Positions 34,209 through 42,575 of a stretch of 46,633 bases of DNA are shown in pieces (the first letter of the stretch is position 1; each line of letters starts with the position of its first letter). Source of the stretch: an uncultured Clostridia bacterium (GTDB taxonomy: Bacteria; Bacillota; Clostridia; Christensenellales; UBA1242); assembly GCA_947628205.1 (NCBI GenBank), contig CANQYX010000004.1, positions 1-46,633 on the forward strand, read 5' to 3'. The position numbers were made by a program, and so were the translations under genes. The notes beneath the pieces were generated by a model, which was not told where the DNA came from, did not search any database, and was given only the letters and a program-made list of their open reading frames with translations.

Positions 34209-35153
34209 ATGTTAAATTTAATTGTTGCACCTTATGAAATAAGCGAAAATGCCGAAAAATATGCAAAACGTCTTGTCAGTTTTTTGAAGGAACAAAAAAT
34301 TGAATATGCGGTTTATTTCCACACCAGTTTAGACGATGTTGCAAAAAGCGTAAATGAAAGTTTGCTTTTGGGCGAAACTGAGTTTGTTATTGTTGGCGAA
34401 GATGCCACTGTTAATGCGTTTATAAATTCGGTTAAAGATTTGTCTAAAATTAAGCTTGGTATTGTGCCAACTTCAAATCATGACGATTTTGCCAAATTTT
34501 TAGGGCTTAGCACCAACCCAATTCAGGCAATAAAAGATATTTTGCTAAAACAAGTTGAGCCGGTGGACTATTTGGTTTGTAACGACATTAAAGTTGTTAA
34601 CAACATTTTAATTGGGGCAAGTGTGGAAGTGTTTGAAAAATATAACGAACACAGGGTTAAAAACTTTATAACCCAAAAACTTTCTATTATGCAATATGCT
34701 GGCAATTTTGAGGGCGTGGAATTGACATTAGATTTTAAGGGCAACAAAAATGTAACCGAAACGATTTACGAACTTTCAATTGCCAACGGTGGTTTAAGCC
34801 AGGGCAAAAAAATAAGCCCGCTTGCCAATGTGCAGGATGGTCTGTTTAATTTGAACTATACTGCCTTGCCAGAAAAAGAGCAAAGAAAAAAATATTTGTC
34901 TTTATTTAAAAATGGCGAACAAATATATAAAGAGGCAACAAATCAGTTTTGGCTGGAAAGTTTAAAAATAATGCAAGCGGAAAATAAAATTAAGGCCTTG
35001 GTTGATGGCCGCGTTGTTAATTTTGAAAATATGAATGTTTCGGTTGTTGAAAATGGGTTAAAGTTATTTAGAAATTTGAACAACGAAAAATTTGTTGAAA
35101 ACAATTTTGAAAAAAATAAAAAAGAATCTGAGGCAAAACCTAAAAGAAAATAA
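34209..35153 (+). CDS. Diacylglycerol/lipid kinase-fold protein (YegS/BmrU-like) with degenerate signature motifs
   Basis: Layout ..FVIVGEDATVNAFINSV....KLGIVPTSNHDDFAKFLGL.. parallels DAGK_cat ..vv.GGDGTvnevvngl....lgiiP.GTgNDfar.lgi.. However, GGDGT reads GEDAT and GTGND reads TSNHDD. Confidence 0.5.
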   Translation: MLNLIVAPYEISENAEKYAKRLVSFLKEQKIEYAVYFHTSLDDVAKSVNESLLLGETEFVIVGEDATVNAFINSVKDLSKIKLGIVPTSNHDDFAKFLGLSTNPIQAIKDILLKQVEPVDYLVCNDIKVVNNILIGASVEVFEKYNEHRVKNFITQKLSIMQYAGNFEGVELTLDFKGNKNVTETIYELSIANGGLSQGKKISPLANVQDGLFNLNYTALPEKEQRKKYLSLFKNGEQIYKEATNQFWLESLKIMQAENKIKALVDGRVVNFENMNVSVVENGLKLFRNLNNEKFVENNFEKNKKESEAKPKRK

Positions 35154-35241
35154 TTTTAAAAAATTGCAAAAAATTTTTAAAAAATTAAAAAAATAGCCAA
35201 AAATTCAAAAAAATACAAAAAAACAGTTAAAAAATTGAAAA

Positions 35242-35270
35242 ATGCAAAATTTTTTTGCATTTTTTGTTTT
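35242..35270 (+). terminator. Terminator after the lipid-kinase-like gene
   Basis: atgcaaaa-ttt-ttttgcat stem followed by tttttgtttttt. Confidence 0.6.
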
Positions 35271-35381
35271 TTGTGCAGATTTTTTGTGATTTATTTATAT
35301 ATAGAAACAATTATTTATAATTTGACAATTTTTAGATAGATTTAAACTTATTTTTGTTATATTTTGGCGGGAGAAAAAATT

Positions 35382-35573
35382 ATGATTGAAAGTTTTGACA
35401 TGTTATATAAACGCCTTTTAAATTTGGAAAAGAGGTTGGAAAAATATTATAAAAAAATTTACATCGAAAACGAATTAGATTTTGTTATGAACGGAACCTA
35501 TATTTTAAAAGATGAATTAGATAAAATTTTAGACGGAAGTTACATCTTAGGAGGGAGTGATGGAGAGAATTGA
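35382..35573 (+). CDS. Small hypothetical protein (63 aa) translationally coupled to the repeat protein
   Basis: ATG 35382 with RBS gggagaaaaaatt. Coiled-coil-like N-terminus. Its TGA stop (35571-35573) lies 14 nt inside the next gene. Confidence 0.5.
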   Translation: MIESFDMLYKRLLNLEKRLEKYYKKIYIENELDFVMNGTYILKDELDKILDGSYILGGSDGEN

Positions 35574-37395
35574 AGAATTAAAGCAAGAGCTTTTAAAGCA
35601 AAAAAAGGCAATTGAAACGAAACATGGAAAGGTTGTGGTTGCAAATTTAAACCCCAGCCCAAGCGAAATTACGGCGGGAATAGACACTATTTCTGCAATT
35701 GAGGCAAATTTGGACGATATAACTGCAACACAAGCCGATGTGCTTAAAGGCAAAAAGTTTATAGATTCCACTGGCAAAATGGCTGAGGGGAATTTAAAAA
35801 ATGTTGATTGGCGTAGCACAACCGCCAGTGTGGCAGATGTGGTTGAGGGCAAGAAATTTGTAGATTCTAATGGCGACCTGCAAACTGGCGAAATGAAGGA
35901 CGTTGACTGGGAAAACACCACAGCAACGCAAGCCGATGTTTTAAGCGGAAAAAAATTTGTTGATGCAGCGGGTGAACTGGTTGATGGCGCGTTAGAAAAA
36001 ACAGATTTTTCGGTTGTAACTGCTGGCGAACAAGACGTGTTGCAAGGCAAGCAATTTTATAATTCAACTGGCGCGCTGGTTGATGGCACAATGAAGGACG
36101 TTGACTGGGAAAACACCACAGCAACGCAAGCCGATGTTTTAAGCGGAAAAAAATTTATAGACCAAAATGGCGATTTAATTTTAGGCACAATGAAAGATGT
36201 TAACTGGGAGGCAACTACAGCCACAACCGCCGATGTTTTGCAGGGCAAACAATTTGTAGATTCTTTAGGCAATTTAGTTGAAGGCAGTTTAAAGGATTTG
36301 GAAATAGAAAGTGTAACTGCAACCGAGCAGGATGTAAAGCAGGGTAAAAAGTTTTTAACCGCTTCGGGCGAACTCGCCGAAGGCCAATTAGAAGAAGTAG
36401 ATTTTAGTGTGGTTACAGCCGAAGAGAACGATGTAAAACTGGGCAAACAGTTTTTAGATTCAACCGGACAATTGAAAGACGGAACTTTTGAGGCAGCCGA
36501 TTGTAGCGAAGTTACCGCAACCGAGCAAGATGTAAAACAGGGCAAAAAGTTTTTAACCGCTTCTGGCGAGCTAAAAGAGGGCACGCTAAAAGATAATTCG
36601 GATTTATACATATACATGCCTGTAAAAAAGACCGCCGACCCTATAGCCGAAATAGATTATGTTTTTGCCGATGACCTCACAGAGGTTAAAATGGGGTTGT
36701 TTAACTCTACGCCATACAAAATGAACATCTGGTTAAACCCAAACACCACGCACATTAACGATGGTGCGTTTAGCGCGTATTTCCGCATCAGCTTAATGAA
36801 TTTTAACGAGCTTTCGTCGCTTAAGTTTATTGGCAAAAGTGCTTGCAGTTCGGTTTATGGGGTGGACACAATGAACATACCGGAGAGCGTAACAACGATT
36901 GAAGCACGCGGGTTGGAAAACTGCGCACTAAACTCGTCCGGCATTAGATTTACCGCCAAAATGTATACACTTGGAGATTATCCTTTTGGTTGCACCACAA
37001 ACTATGTGCCACTTGACACAATCGAGTTCGATGCAGCGAGTAGAATTTTGATAACAAGCGTTGGAATGTGCTATGGCTTTACATGCGACCGAGAAATTGT
37101 TTTGCCAAGTACCACCAAATATATAAGTGATAACACTTTTTCCTTGTCGGAATACAACAGCATTGTTCTGCCAGAAAAACTTATAGACGTTGGCCGAACT
37201 TCATTCTATAACCCAGAAAGAACAAACTGCAAAATGGTTACGTTCAAAGGCGAAAAACCGCCTAAATTTGACTCGTTAGTTTTCCATCCTAACATACAAC
37301 CAGTGTTAAAGATTTACGTTCCTGATGTGTCTGTTCAAGAGTATAAAAACGCGTTGCCAGATTATAAAATTTACCCTATGAGCGAAAGGCCATAA
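35560..37395 (+). CDS. Signal-less protein: coiled-coil N-terminus, nine 33-aa tandem repeats, C-terminal BspA-type LRR domain
   Basis: RBS aggaggga 5 nt before ATG 35560. Repeats of consensus TAT.aDVl.GKkF.ds.G.l.eGtmkdvdw.. The C-terminal region (NIPESVTTIEARGLENC..., VLPSTTKYISDNTFS..., VLPEKLIDVGRTSFY) resembles LRR_5. Confidence 0.75.
   Translation: MERIEELKQELLKQKKAIETKHGKVVVANLNPSPSEITAGIDTISAIEANLDDITATQADVLKGKKFIDSTGKMAEGNLKNVDWRSTTASVADVVEGKKFVDSNGDLQTGEMKDVDWENTTATQADVLSGKKFVDAAGELVDGALEKTDFSVVTAGEQDVLQGKQFYNSTGALVDGTMKDVDWENTTATQADVLSGKKFIDQNGDLILGTMKDVNWEATTATTADVLQGKQFVDSLGNLVEGSLKDLEIESVTATEQDVKQGKKFLTASGELAEGQLEEVDFSVVTAEENDVKLGKQFLDSTGQLKDGTFEAADCSEVTATEQDVKQGKKFLTASGELKEGTLKDNSDLYIYMPVKKTADPIAEIDYVFADDLTEVKMGLFNSTPYKMNIWLNPNTTHINDGAFSAYFRISLMNFNELSSLKFIGKSACSSVYGVDTMNIPESVTTIEARGLENCALNSSGIRFTAKMYTLGDYPFGCTTNYVPLDTIEFDAASRILITSVGMCYGFTCDREIVLPSTTKYISDNTFSLSEYNSIVLPEKLIDVGRTSFYNPERTNCKMVTFKGEKPPKFDSLVFHPNIQPVLKIYVPDVSVQEYKNALPDYKIYPMSERP
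35722..36612 (+). repeat. Nine in-frame 99-bp tandem repeats inside the CDS
   Basis: Unit length is exactly 33 codons. A 66-bp stretch is identical at 35893-35958 and 36091-36156 (198 bp apart). A second near-identical pair lies at about 36313 and about 36511 (also 198 bp apart). Confidence 0.9.
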
Positions 37396-37396
37396 G

Positions 37397-38713
37397 TTAA
37401 ATTAAAATTGGCAGCGAAAATCCTATTGGGATTGGGTTTTCGGGTTCGCGCTTTTTGGTGCCAAAAACTTTTACCGCATTTTGCACTTTAAATTTATCGA
37501 AACGCAAAAGCTGGCGATCTACCAAACGGCCATCTATATATTTTTCTCTATACGATTTTATTTCCATGCCCTTAGATGGCTTTTTTAGATAAAAGAATTC
37601 GTCTTCAAAGGTAACTTTGTCGGCAAACTGACCTTTTTCGTCATATAAAATTTCGGTTTCTGGCTCGGTGGTGGAAACAATTTCATTTGTTAATTTATAT
37701 TGGCAATTTAGCTTTTCGCCATAAATTCTTATGCGCGCACTTGTGGGCGAATATGTTGTTATAATTGTAATTTTTTCGTTTGTGTTGTTTTTAAATTTTA
37801 GGTCGCTACTGCCAAAATTTACCATTGCATCAAAACCATATTTTACATATTTTATTTGTTTGCTGTGCTTGTTTGCTTCAACTATGTCTAACCCAGCAAG
37901 CAAGGCCGAATTATATAGCGTGGTTGAAACCTGACAAACTCCGCCGCCCAGCCCGTCTACAAACTCATTGTTCACAATAATTTTTGCCTCTCTGTATCCG
38001 TTGGCTTGCGTGCGTCTGCCAACCGTTTTGTTAAAAGAAAAGGTTTGGTTGGGTGCTATTTCCACTTTGTTTAAAGAGTTTAGTGCGTTTTTAATGTTGT
38101 GCTTCCTATCCTGGCTGGAAGAAGCGATATTTGTGGAAAAATCTGCGCGCAAATTGGTGTATTTTTCAAAATCTTTTGCAAAAACTTTTGGCAAAAGCGT
38201 TGTTGTTGGCACGGATATTTTTAAAACATCATTTTTTAAATATGCGGCAATTATTTCGTTGTGTAATGCAACGCTATCCAACTTGCAGCCAACGCGCTCG
38301 GGCGTTATTTTAAAAACCTGTTCCGCGTTTGTGTTAACAGATAGTTTTGCATCTAGCGGAGCCAAATATACATTTTTTTCTATGCGCTTTACAACCGCTT
38401 TTAAATTTGGAAAAATGTATTCAAGTGCAACCGATTTTTCAATTCGTGCTTCAAGCATTTTTTCTAGCAGTGCTTTGCGTTCGCTGTAACTTCCAAAACG
38501 GTTAAATTTATTTATTTCGTAATTCAAATCGAACTGGTCGCTGCGTTTTATGTTTTTGGATAAATCGTAAAAAAACACACGGTCGCCATATTGAAATTCA
38601 ATTTTTTCGTTTAAACTGCCCGAACTGGCAGTTGCATAAGCGTTAAGTTTAGGGCGAACCATTATCACTGCACAACACAAAAAAATTAACATTAAAAGCA
38701 AATACTTTTTCAC
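37397..38713 (-). CDS. VanW-family protein
   Basis: N-terminal signal/TM. VanW-domain block GYREAKIIVNNEFVDGLGGGVCQVSTTLYNSALLAGLDIVE..H. Confidence 0.7.
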   Translation of the reverse strand: MKKYLLLMLIFLCCAVIMVRPKLNAYATASSGSLNEKIEFQYGDRVFFYDLSKNIKRSDQFDLNYEINKFNRFGSYSERKALLEKMLEARIEKSVALEYIFPNLKAVVKRIEKNVYLAPLDAKLSVNTNAEQVFKITPERVGCKLDSVALHNEIIAAYLKNDVLKISVPTTTLLPKVFAKDFEKYTNLRADFSTNIASSSQDRKHNIKNALNSLNKVEIAPNQTFSFNKTVGRRTQANGYREAKIIVNNEFVDGLGGGVCQVSTTLYNSALLAGLDIVEANKHSKQIKYVKYGFDAMVNFGSSDLKFKNNTNEKITIITTYSPTSARIRIYGEKLNCQYKLTNEIVSTTEPETEILYDEKGQFADKVTFEDEFFYLKKPSKGMEIKSYREKYIDGRLVDRQLLRFDKFKVQNAVKVFGTKKREPENPIPIGFSLPILI

Positions 38714-38809
38714 GCCCTTAGTATGCGTAAAATGTCGAATTTTATGTTGGGTGCAACTAATTATTTGCTATAAACAAAATTCAATTTTAGTAAAATGATA
38801 TAAAAATAT

Positions 38810-38838
38810 TTGCCAAATTAAAATTTTTGTGTTAAAAT
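38810..38838 (+). promoter_or_regulatory. Sigma-A type promoter (extended -10)
   Basis: TTGCCA (38810-38815), 17 nt, TGt-TAAAAT (38830-38838). Confidence 0.6.
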
Positions 38839-38859
38839 TACAATAATCGAGGTATAAAT

Positions 38860-39459
38860 ATGTCTAAAAATTTAAGGTTATTTTATGTTTTAACTTTTGT
38901 GCTTGTTGGGGTTGTTATGGCATGGAAATCCCTTGCCGCTAACCTATTTGGCGTGGGCGTAAATTTTGTTGTTATGCTAGTTCTGCTTTCGGTTATGCTT
39001 ATGTTGCTTTGCTCGGTGGCAGAGGTTAAATCGCGTTCGGTGGATATGTTCGTTATTTCGTGCGTGTTTACTGGGCTGGAATTTATTGAATTTTTGGTGT
39101 TGGAAATTTTTAACATCAATTTAACCACTGGCACAATAAAAGGGTTTAACATTTATCAAAGCGTGCTTTCGTTTTTGGCAGTTATATATTTTGCCTATGT
39201 GGTTTTCAGGTTTATCTGCGAGGTTAAAGGCAAACAGGTGGCTTTCGTTGAAACTTTGCTTGGGCATAATAAGCGCGAAAAGAAAGAAAAAAAGGCAAAA
39301 GAGCTTACTAATGGCAGTTTAATGGAAAAACCAAATAAACATAAAGAGTTGGAAGAAAACTCAAATTTCACCAGCATCCAGCAAACCGAAAAAACGGTTG
39401 AGCCAGAAGTGCAAACAAACAGTTATGTTTATAAAAATGACGAGGATAGTGAAAAATAA
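38860..39459 (+). CDS. Hypothetical integral membrane protein (4 predicted TM) with a charged C-terminal tail
   Basis: Four hydrophobic segments followed by a KREKKEKKAKE-rich tail. RBS gaggt. Confidence 0.55.
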   Translation: MSKNLRLFYVLTFVLVGVVMAWKSLAANLFGVGVNFVVMLVLLSVMLMLLCSVAEVKSRSVDMFVISCVFTGLEFIEFLVLEIFNINLTTGTIKGFNIYQSVLSFLAVIYFAYVVFRFICEVKGKQVAFVETLLGHNKREKKEKKAKELTNGSLMEKPNKHKELEENSNFTSIQQTEKTVEPEVQTNSYVYKNDEDSEK

Positions 39460-39482
39460 AGTGGCGCAAGCCACTTTTTTTG
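39460..39482 (+). terminator. Rho-independent terminator
   Basis: agtggc-gcaa-gccact followed by tttttttg. Confidence 0.75.
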
Positions 39483-39544
39483 TTGGCGGAAATTGACGTT
39501 TTAAAAAATAATTTTGAATATTCTAAAAATTTTTTAAAAACCTG

Positions 39545-39573
39545 TTGACAAGTAATTTTTTTTATGCTATTAT
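39545..39573 (+). promoter_or_regulatory. Consensus promoter of rpmG-secE-nusG
   Basis: TTGACA (39545-39550), 17 nt, TGc-TATTAT (39565-39573). Confidence 0.7.
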
Positions 39574-39694
39574 ATTTCTAGCACTTGGAAAGGTGTTTTT
39601 TTAAAACCCTTTTTAAATTGGGTGTTGTTATAGGTTAATTTTAACCTTAACAAAAACTTTTTAAATTTTAATTTGCTGTTAAAAGGAGATAATT

Positions 39695-39865
39695 ATGGCA
39701 AAGGCCAAAAAAACTAAAAGAGAAAAAGTTATTTTTGAATGCACTGAATGCAAGGAGAGGAACTATTACTCAACAAAAAATAAGGCAAACAATCCAGATA
39801 GGATGGAATTAAAAAAATATTGCCCAACTTGCAAAAAAACCACCACTCATAAAGAGACAAAATAA
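39695..39865 (+). CDS. rpmG: 50S ribosomal protein L33 (not in the ORF track, 56 aa)
   Basis: Hand translation: [56 protein letters not shown]. CxxC...CxxC zinc-ribbon L33 signature. RBS aaaaggaga. Canonical position upstream of secE. Confidence 0.9.
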   Translation: MAKAKKTKREKVIFECTECKERNYYSTKNKANNPDRMELKKYCPTCKKTTTHKETK

Positions 39866-39874
39866 GGGGTGAAC

Positions 39875-40300
39875 ATGTCTAAAAATAAAAAGAAAAACAA
39901 AAATGCGCCCGTTAAGGCATTAAAAGCGGAGCAAGCGGCGGCCGAGGTTAAAGAAAATTTGGCAGAAACTGTTGTTCCAACCGAAACCGATGTGGCAGAA
40001 ACTGCGCCAAAAACCGACACTGTGACCACCGAAGTTAAAGCGGATAAAAAAGACGGCAAAGCGGTTGAAGTTAAGGCGAAGGATGTAGACAAGAAAAAGA
40101 AAAAAGAAAAAACAAAAAAACCAAACAAAGTTGTTAAGGCAATTAAAGACACTGGCAGCGAGCTTAAAAAAGTTACTTGGCCAAAATTTGGCGAAGTGGT
40201 TAAGCAAACTGGCATAGTTTTGGTGGTTGTTATTGTTTTTGCCTTGGTTTTGTTGGGGCTGGATAAACTTTGCTCGCTTCTAACCGGTTTGTTATACTAA
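39875..40300 (+). CDS. secE: Preprotein translocase subunit SecE with a long Lys/Glu/Thr-rich N-terminal extension
   Basis: C-terminal 55 aa IKDTGSELKKVTWPKFGEVVKQTGIVLVVVIVFALVLLGLDKL is the SecE core. ATG 39875 preferred over GTG 39869. Confidence 0.85.
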   Translation: MSKNKKKNKNAPVKALKAEQAAAEVKENLAETVVPTETDVAETAPKTDTVTTEVKADKKDGKAVEVKAKDVDKKKKKEKTKKPNKVVKAIKDTGSELKKVTWPKFGEVVKQTGIVLVVVIVFALVLLGLDKLCSLLTGLLY

Positions 40301-40318
40301 AATTTATAGGAGAAATTT

Positions 40319-40876
40319 ATGGCAATTATTGATAAGAATATAGATGAAGTTCCAAAATGGTATGCTTTGCATGTTTATTCTGGCTATGAAAATGTTGCAA
40401 AACAAAATTTAGAGGTTACTATTGAAAAATTTGGGCTTCAAAACCGCATTTTTGACATCGTTATTCCAATGGAAGATGTCTTGGTGGAAAAGCGCGGCAA
40501 AAAAGTGCTTGTGCCTAAAAAAACCATGCCGGGGTATATGCTGGTTAAAATGATGTATGGCGATGATATTTGGCACGCTATTACAAACACGCAATATGTT
40601 AACAGTTTTGTTGGCCCTAGAGGCAGGCCTTCTCCAATAACTGACGAAGAGGCAAGGCGCATGGGCGTTGATGGCGTGAAAAACGAAGTTAAAATTGAAC
40701 TTGATGTTAAAGTTGGCGATATGGTTGAAATTGTGGACGGATCGCTGGCAAGTTTTGTTGGCACGGTTAAAGCGGTTGACACAGCAAACCAAAAAGTTAC
40801 AGTTTTAGTTGAAATGTTCGGTCGCGCTAGCGAAGTTGAACTTGGGTTTAATCAAATTAGGGTGGGGAATAACTAG
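40319..40876 (+). CDS. nusG: Transcription termination/antitermination factor NusG
   Basis: KWYALHVYSGYENVAKQNLE NGN start. KOW motif VGDMVEIVDGSLASFVGTVKAVD. Confidence 0.95.
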   Translation: MAIIDKNIDEVPKWYALHVYSGYENVAKQNLEVTIEKFGLQNRIFDIVIPMEDVLVEKRGKKVLVPKKTMPGYMLVKMMYGDDIWHAITNTQYVNSFVGPRGRPSPITDEEARRMGVDGVKNEVKIELDVKVGDMVEIVDGSLASFVGTVKAVDTANQKVTVLVEMFGRASEVELGFNQIRVGNN

Positions 40877-40890
40877 ATTCCACCCTTTTT
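40860..40890 (+). terminator. Terminator overlapping the nusG stop
   Basis: gggtgg (40860-40865) pairs with ccaccc (40880-40885), then ttttt. The 14-nt loop contains the TAG stop. Confidence 0.5.
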
Positions 40891-40900
40891 GTTTTATTAT

Positions 40901-40929
40901 TTGACAATTTAGCGTTTATTAGCTAAAAT
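40901..40929 (+). promoter_or_regulatory. Consensus promoter of the orphan three-gene insert
   Basis: TTGACA (40901-40906), 17 nt, TAAAAT (40924-40929). Confidence 0.65.
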
Positions 40930-40947
40930 TACAATTAGGAGGAAATT

Positions 40948-41289
40948 ATGTTTGCAGAACTTTTAGAAGGCAACGAAATTAAAAATTTGTTTTTAAATGA
41001 TTACCAAATGGTGGTGGATAGCGCGGTTTTCCCAATTAGGGGGCGCGGCAAAAACTATTTGGCGGTTAGATATGCCCAGCCATCGTGTGGAGAGAGTGAA
41101 TTCTTTTTCTTATATATAAGCGATTGCGAGGTTAGAAGGCCTAAAAACAACGAGCCATATGAATTGTCGTGCGTGGACAAGGTGTCAACAAACATTTTGC
41201 GCGAATATTTCATTGAAAACTATGGCAAAAAATATACATCTGTTTTAACTGAGTTTGAAACACCAATTCAAAGCGGTTTAATTTTGTAG
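40948..41289 (+). CDS. Hypothetical protein (113 aa)
   Basis: ORF with RBS aggagg 7 nt upstream. No family recognised. Confidence 0.6.
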   Translation: MFAELLEGNEIKNLFLNDYQMVVDSAVFPIRGRGKNYLAVRYAQPSCGESEFFFLYISDCEVRRPKNNEPYELSCVDKVSTNILREYFIENYGKKYTSVLTEFETPIQSGLIL

Positions 41290-41298
41290 GCGGGCAAT

Positions 41299-41619
41299 AT
41301 GTATGTAGAAAAATTAACCGACCAACAGTTAAAAGAGCTTATTTCGCCCAAATTTTACGATACATTAACTAATCTTTCGCGCCACAAATGGAATGGTAGA
41401 TTGTATGTAAATTACACTTGTTGCAACGTGCGCTGCCTCACTGTTTTTGAGGATTTCCAAATTGTTTATAGCGGTTTTCCAATTGAGCAGGAAAATTATA
41501 GAAAATTTATGATGTCCCAATTTAAAGATAGTGGATATTTAGAAAATTTTTCTAATTTTATTAAGCAACTTAAAATTCAGGAATATAAAGACGAAATAAA
41601 TGAATTAAAAAACATTTAA
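41299..41619 (+). CDS. Hypothetical protein (106 aa)
   Basis: ORF 9 nt after the previous stop, weak RBS (ggcggg). No family recognised. Confidence 0.5.
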   Translation: MYVEKLTDQQLKELISPKFYDTLTNLSRHKWNGRLYVNYTCCNVRCLTVFEDFQIVYSGFPIEQENYRKFMMSQFKDSGYLENFSNFIKQLKIQEYKDEINELKNI

Positions 41620-41658
41620 AGTTATTGCAAAAAATGGGTTTTTATCATAAAAATTTAT

Positions 41659-42012
41659 ATGATAATTTATGCAAACCTAAACAACCTTTACAACCTGTTG
41701 CCATATATGAAAATGGCACTGCCCACCTTTGACATTTTGCTTGTTTTGCATAAAGATGAAAGATATGGCTTTCACATCGACCCAAAAGCCGATGTTGTGG
41801 ATGAATTTGGCAGATTTAAACATTTTGAGCTGCTTGTTGAAAACGATTTTGAACTTGTGCTTAATAAGGACATAGAGTTTTATCAAAAAGTTAATGTGGC
41901 AAAGTTTAACAAAATTTTTAGGATGGGCATGGTTGCGCTTTTGGGTAGCATTTATAAAACAAAATTAGACGAATTTTTGTTCCAAAAACAAAAAAATCAA
42001 CTTGTAAATTAG
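41659..42012 (+). CDS. Hypothetical protein (117 aa); start uncertain
   Basis: ORF without a clear RBS at ATG 41659 or at the in-frame ATG 41706. No family recognised. Confidence 0.4.
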   Translation: MIIYANLNNLYNLLPYMKMALPTFDILLVLHKDERYGFHIDPKADVVDEFGRFKHFELLVENDFELVLNKDIEFYQKVNVAKFNKIFRMGMVALLGSIYKTKLDEFLFQKQKNQLVN

Positions 42013-42029
42013 AAAATTCTAAAAAACTA

Positions 42030-42058
42030 TTGACAAATAAAATTATTTGTGTTAAATT
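42030..42058 (+). promoter_or_regulatory. Promoter of rplK-rplA
   Basis: TTGACA (42030-42035), 17 nt, TGt-TAAATT (42050-42058). Confidence 0.65.
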
Positions 42059-42086
42059 TATAACGCAAATTTTTTATTTGCACTTT

Positions 42087-42114
42087 CGTGGGAGGGGTTA
42101 ACCCTACAACCACG
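42087..42114 (+). promoter_or_regulatory. Structured 5' leader hairpin upstream of rplK (candidate L1 autoregulatory site)
   Basis: cgtgg (42087-42091) pairs with ccacg (42110-42114), enclosing the inner hairpin aggggttaaccct. It is GC-rich in an otherwise AT-rich leader, about 20 nt before the RBS. Confidence 0.3.
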
Positions 42115-42137
42115 CCATAAAATTTAAAGGAGGATAT

Positions 42138-42575
42138 ATGGCAAAAAAAGTTAAGGCTGTTGTTAACATTCAACTTCCTGCTGCCAAAGCCACCCCCGGA
42201 CCACCTGTCGGTTCGTCACTTGGCCCACACGGCATCAACATTGCAGGTTTTGTTAAAGAGTTTAACGATAGAACAGCAAAAATGGTTGGTTTCACAATAC
42301 CTTGTGTAATCACAATTTTCGAGGATAGAAGTTTCACATTCATCCTAAAACAACCACCAGCAGCAGATTTAATTTTAAAAGAGGCTGGGCTTGAAAAAGG
42401 CAGCGCAAAAGCGCGCACTAAAGTTGGAAAAATTACTGTTGACCAACTTAAAAAGATTGCAGAACAAAAAATGCCAGATTTAAATGCGGGCAGCCTAGAG
42501 GCAGCCATGAGCATGATTGCAGGCAGCTGCAGAAGTATGGGCATAACAGTGGAGGGCTACAATGGAAAGAAGTAA
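42138..42575 (+). CDS. rplK: 50S ribosomal protein L11
   Basis: [43 protein letters not shown] is the canonical L11 N-terminus. Confidence 0.97.
   Translation: MAKKVKAVVNIQLPAAKATPGPPVGSSLGPHGINIAGFVKEFNDRTAKMVGFTIPCVITIFEDRSFTFILKQPPAADLILKEAGLEKGSAKARTKVGKITVDQLKKIAEQKMPDLNAGSLEAAMSMIAGSCRSMGITVEGYNGKK

Noticed and set aside
35893-36156. Diversity-generating retroelement (template/variable repeat pair) suggested by the two identical 66-bp segments
   Set aside because: The copies are 100% identical rather than differing at adenines. They are in-frame units of a tandem array, and no reverse transcriptase gene is present in the window.
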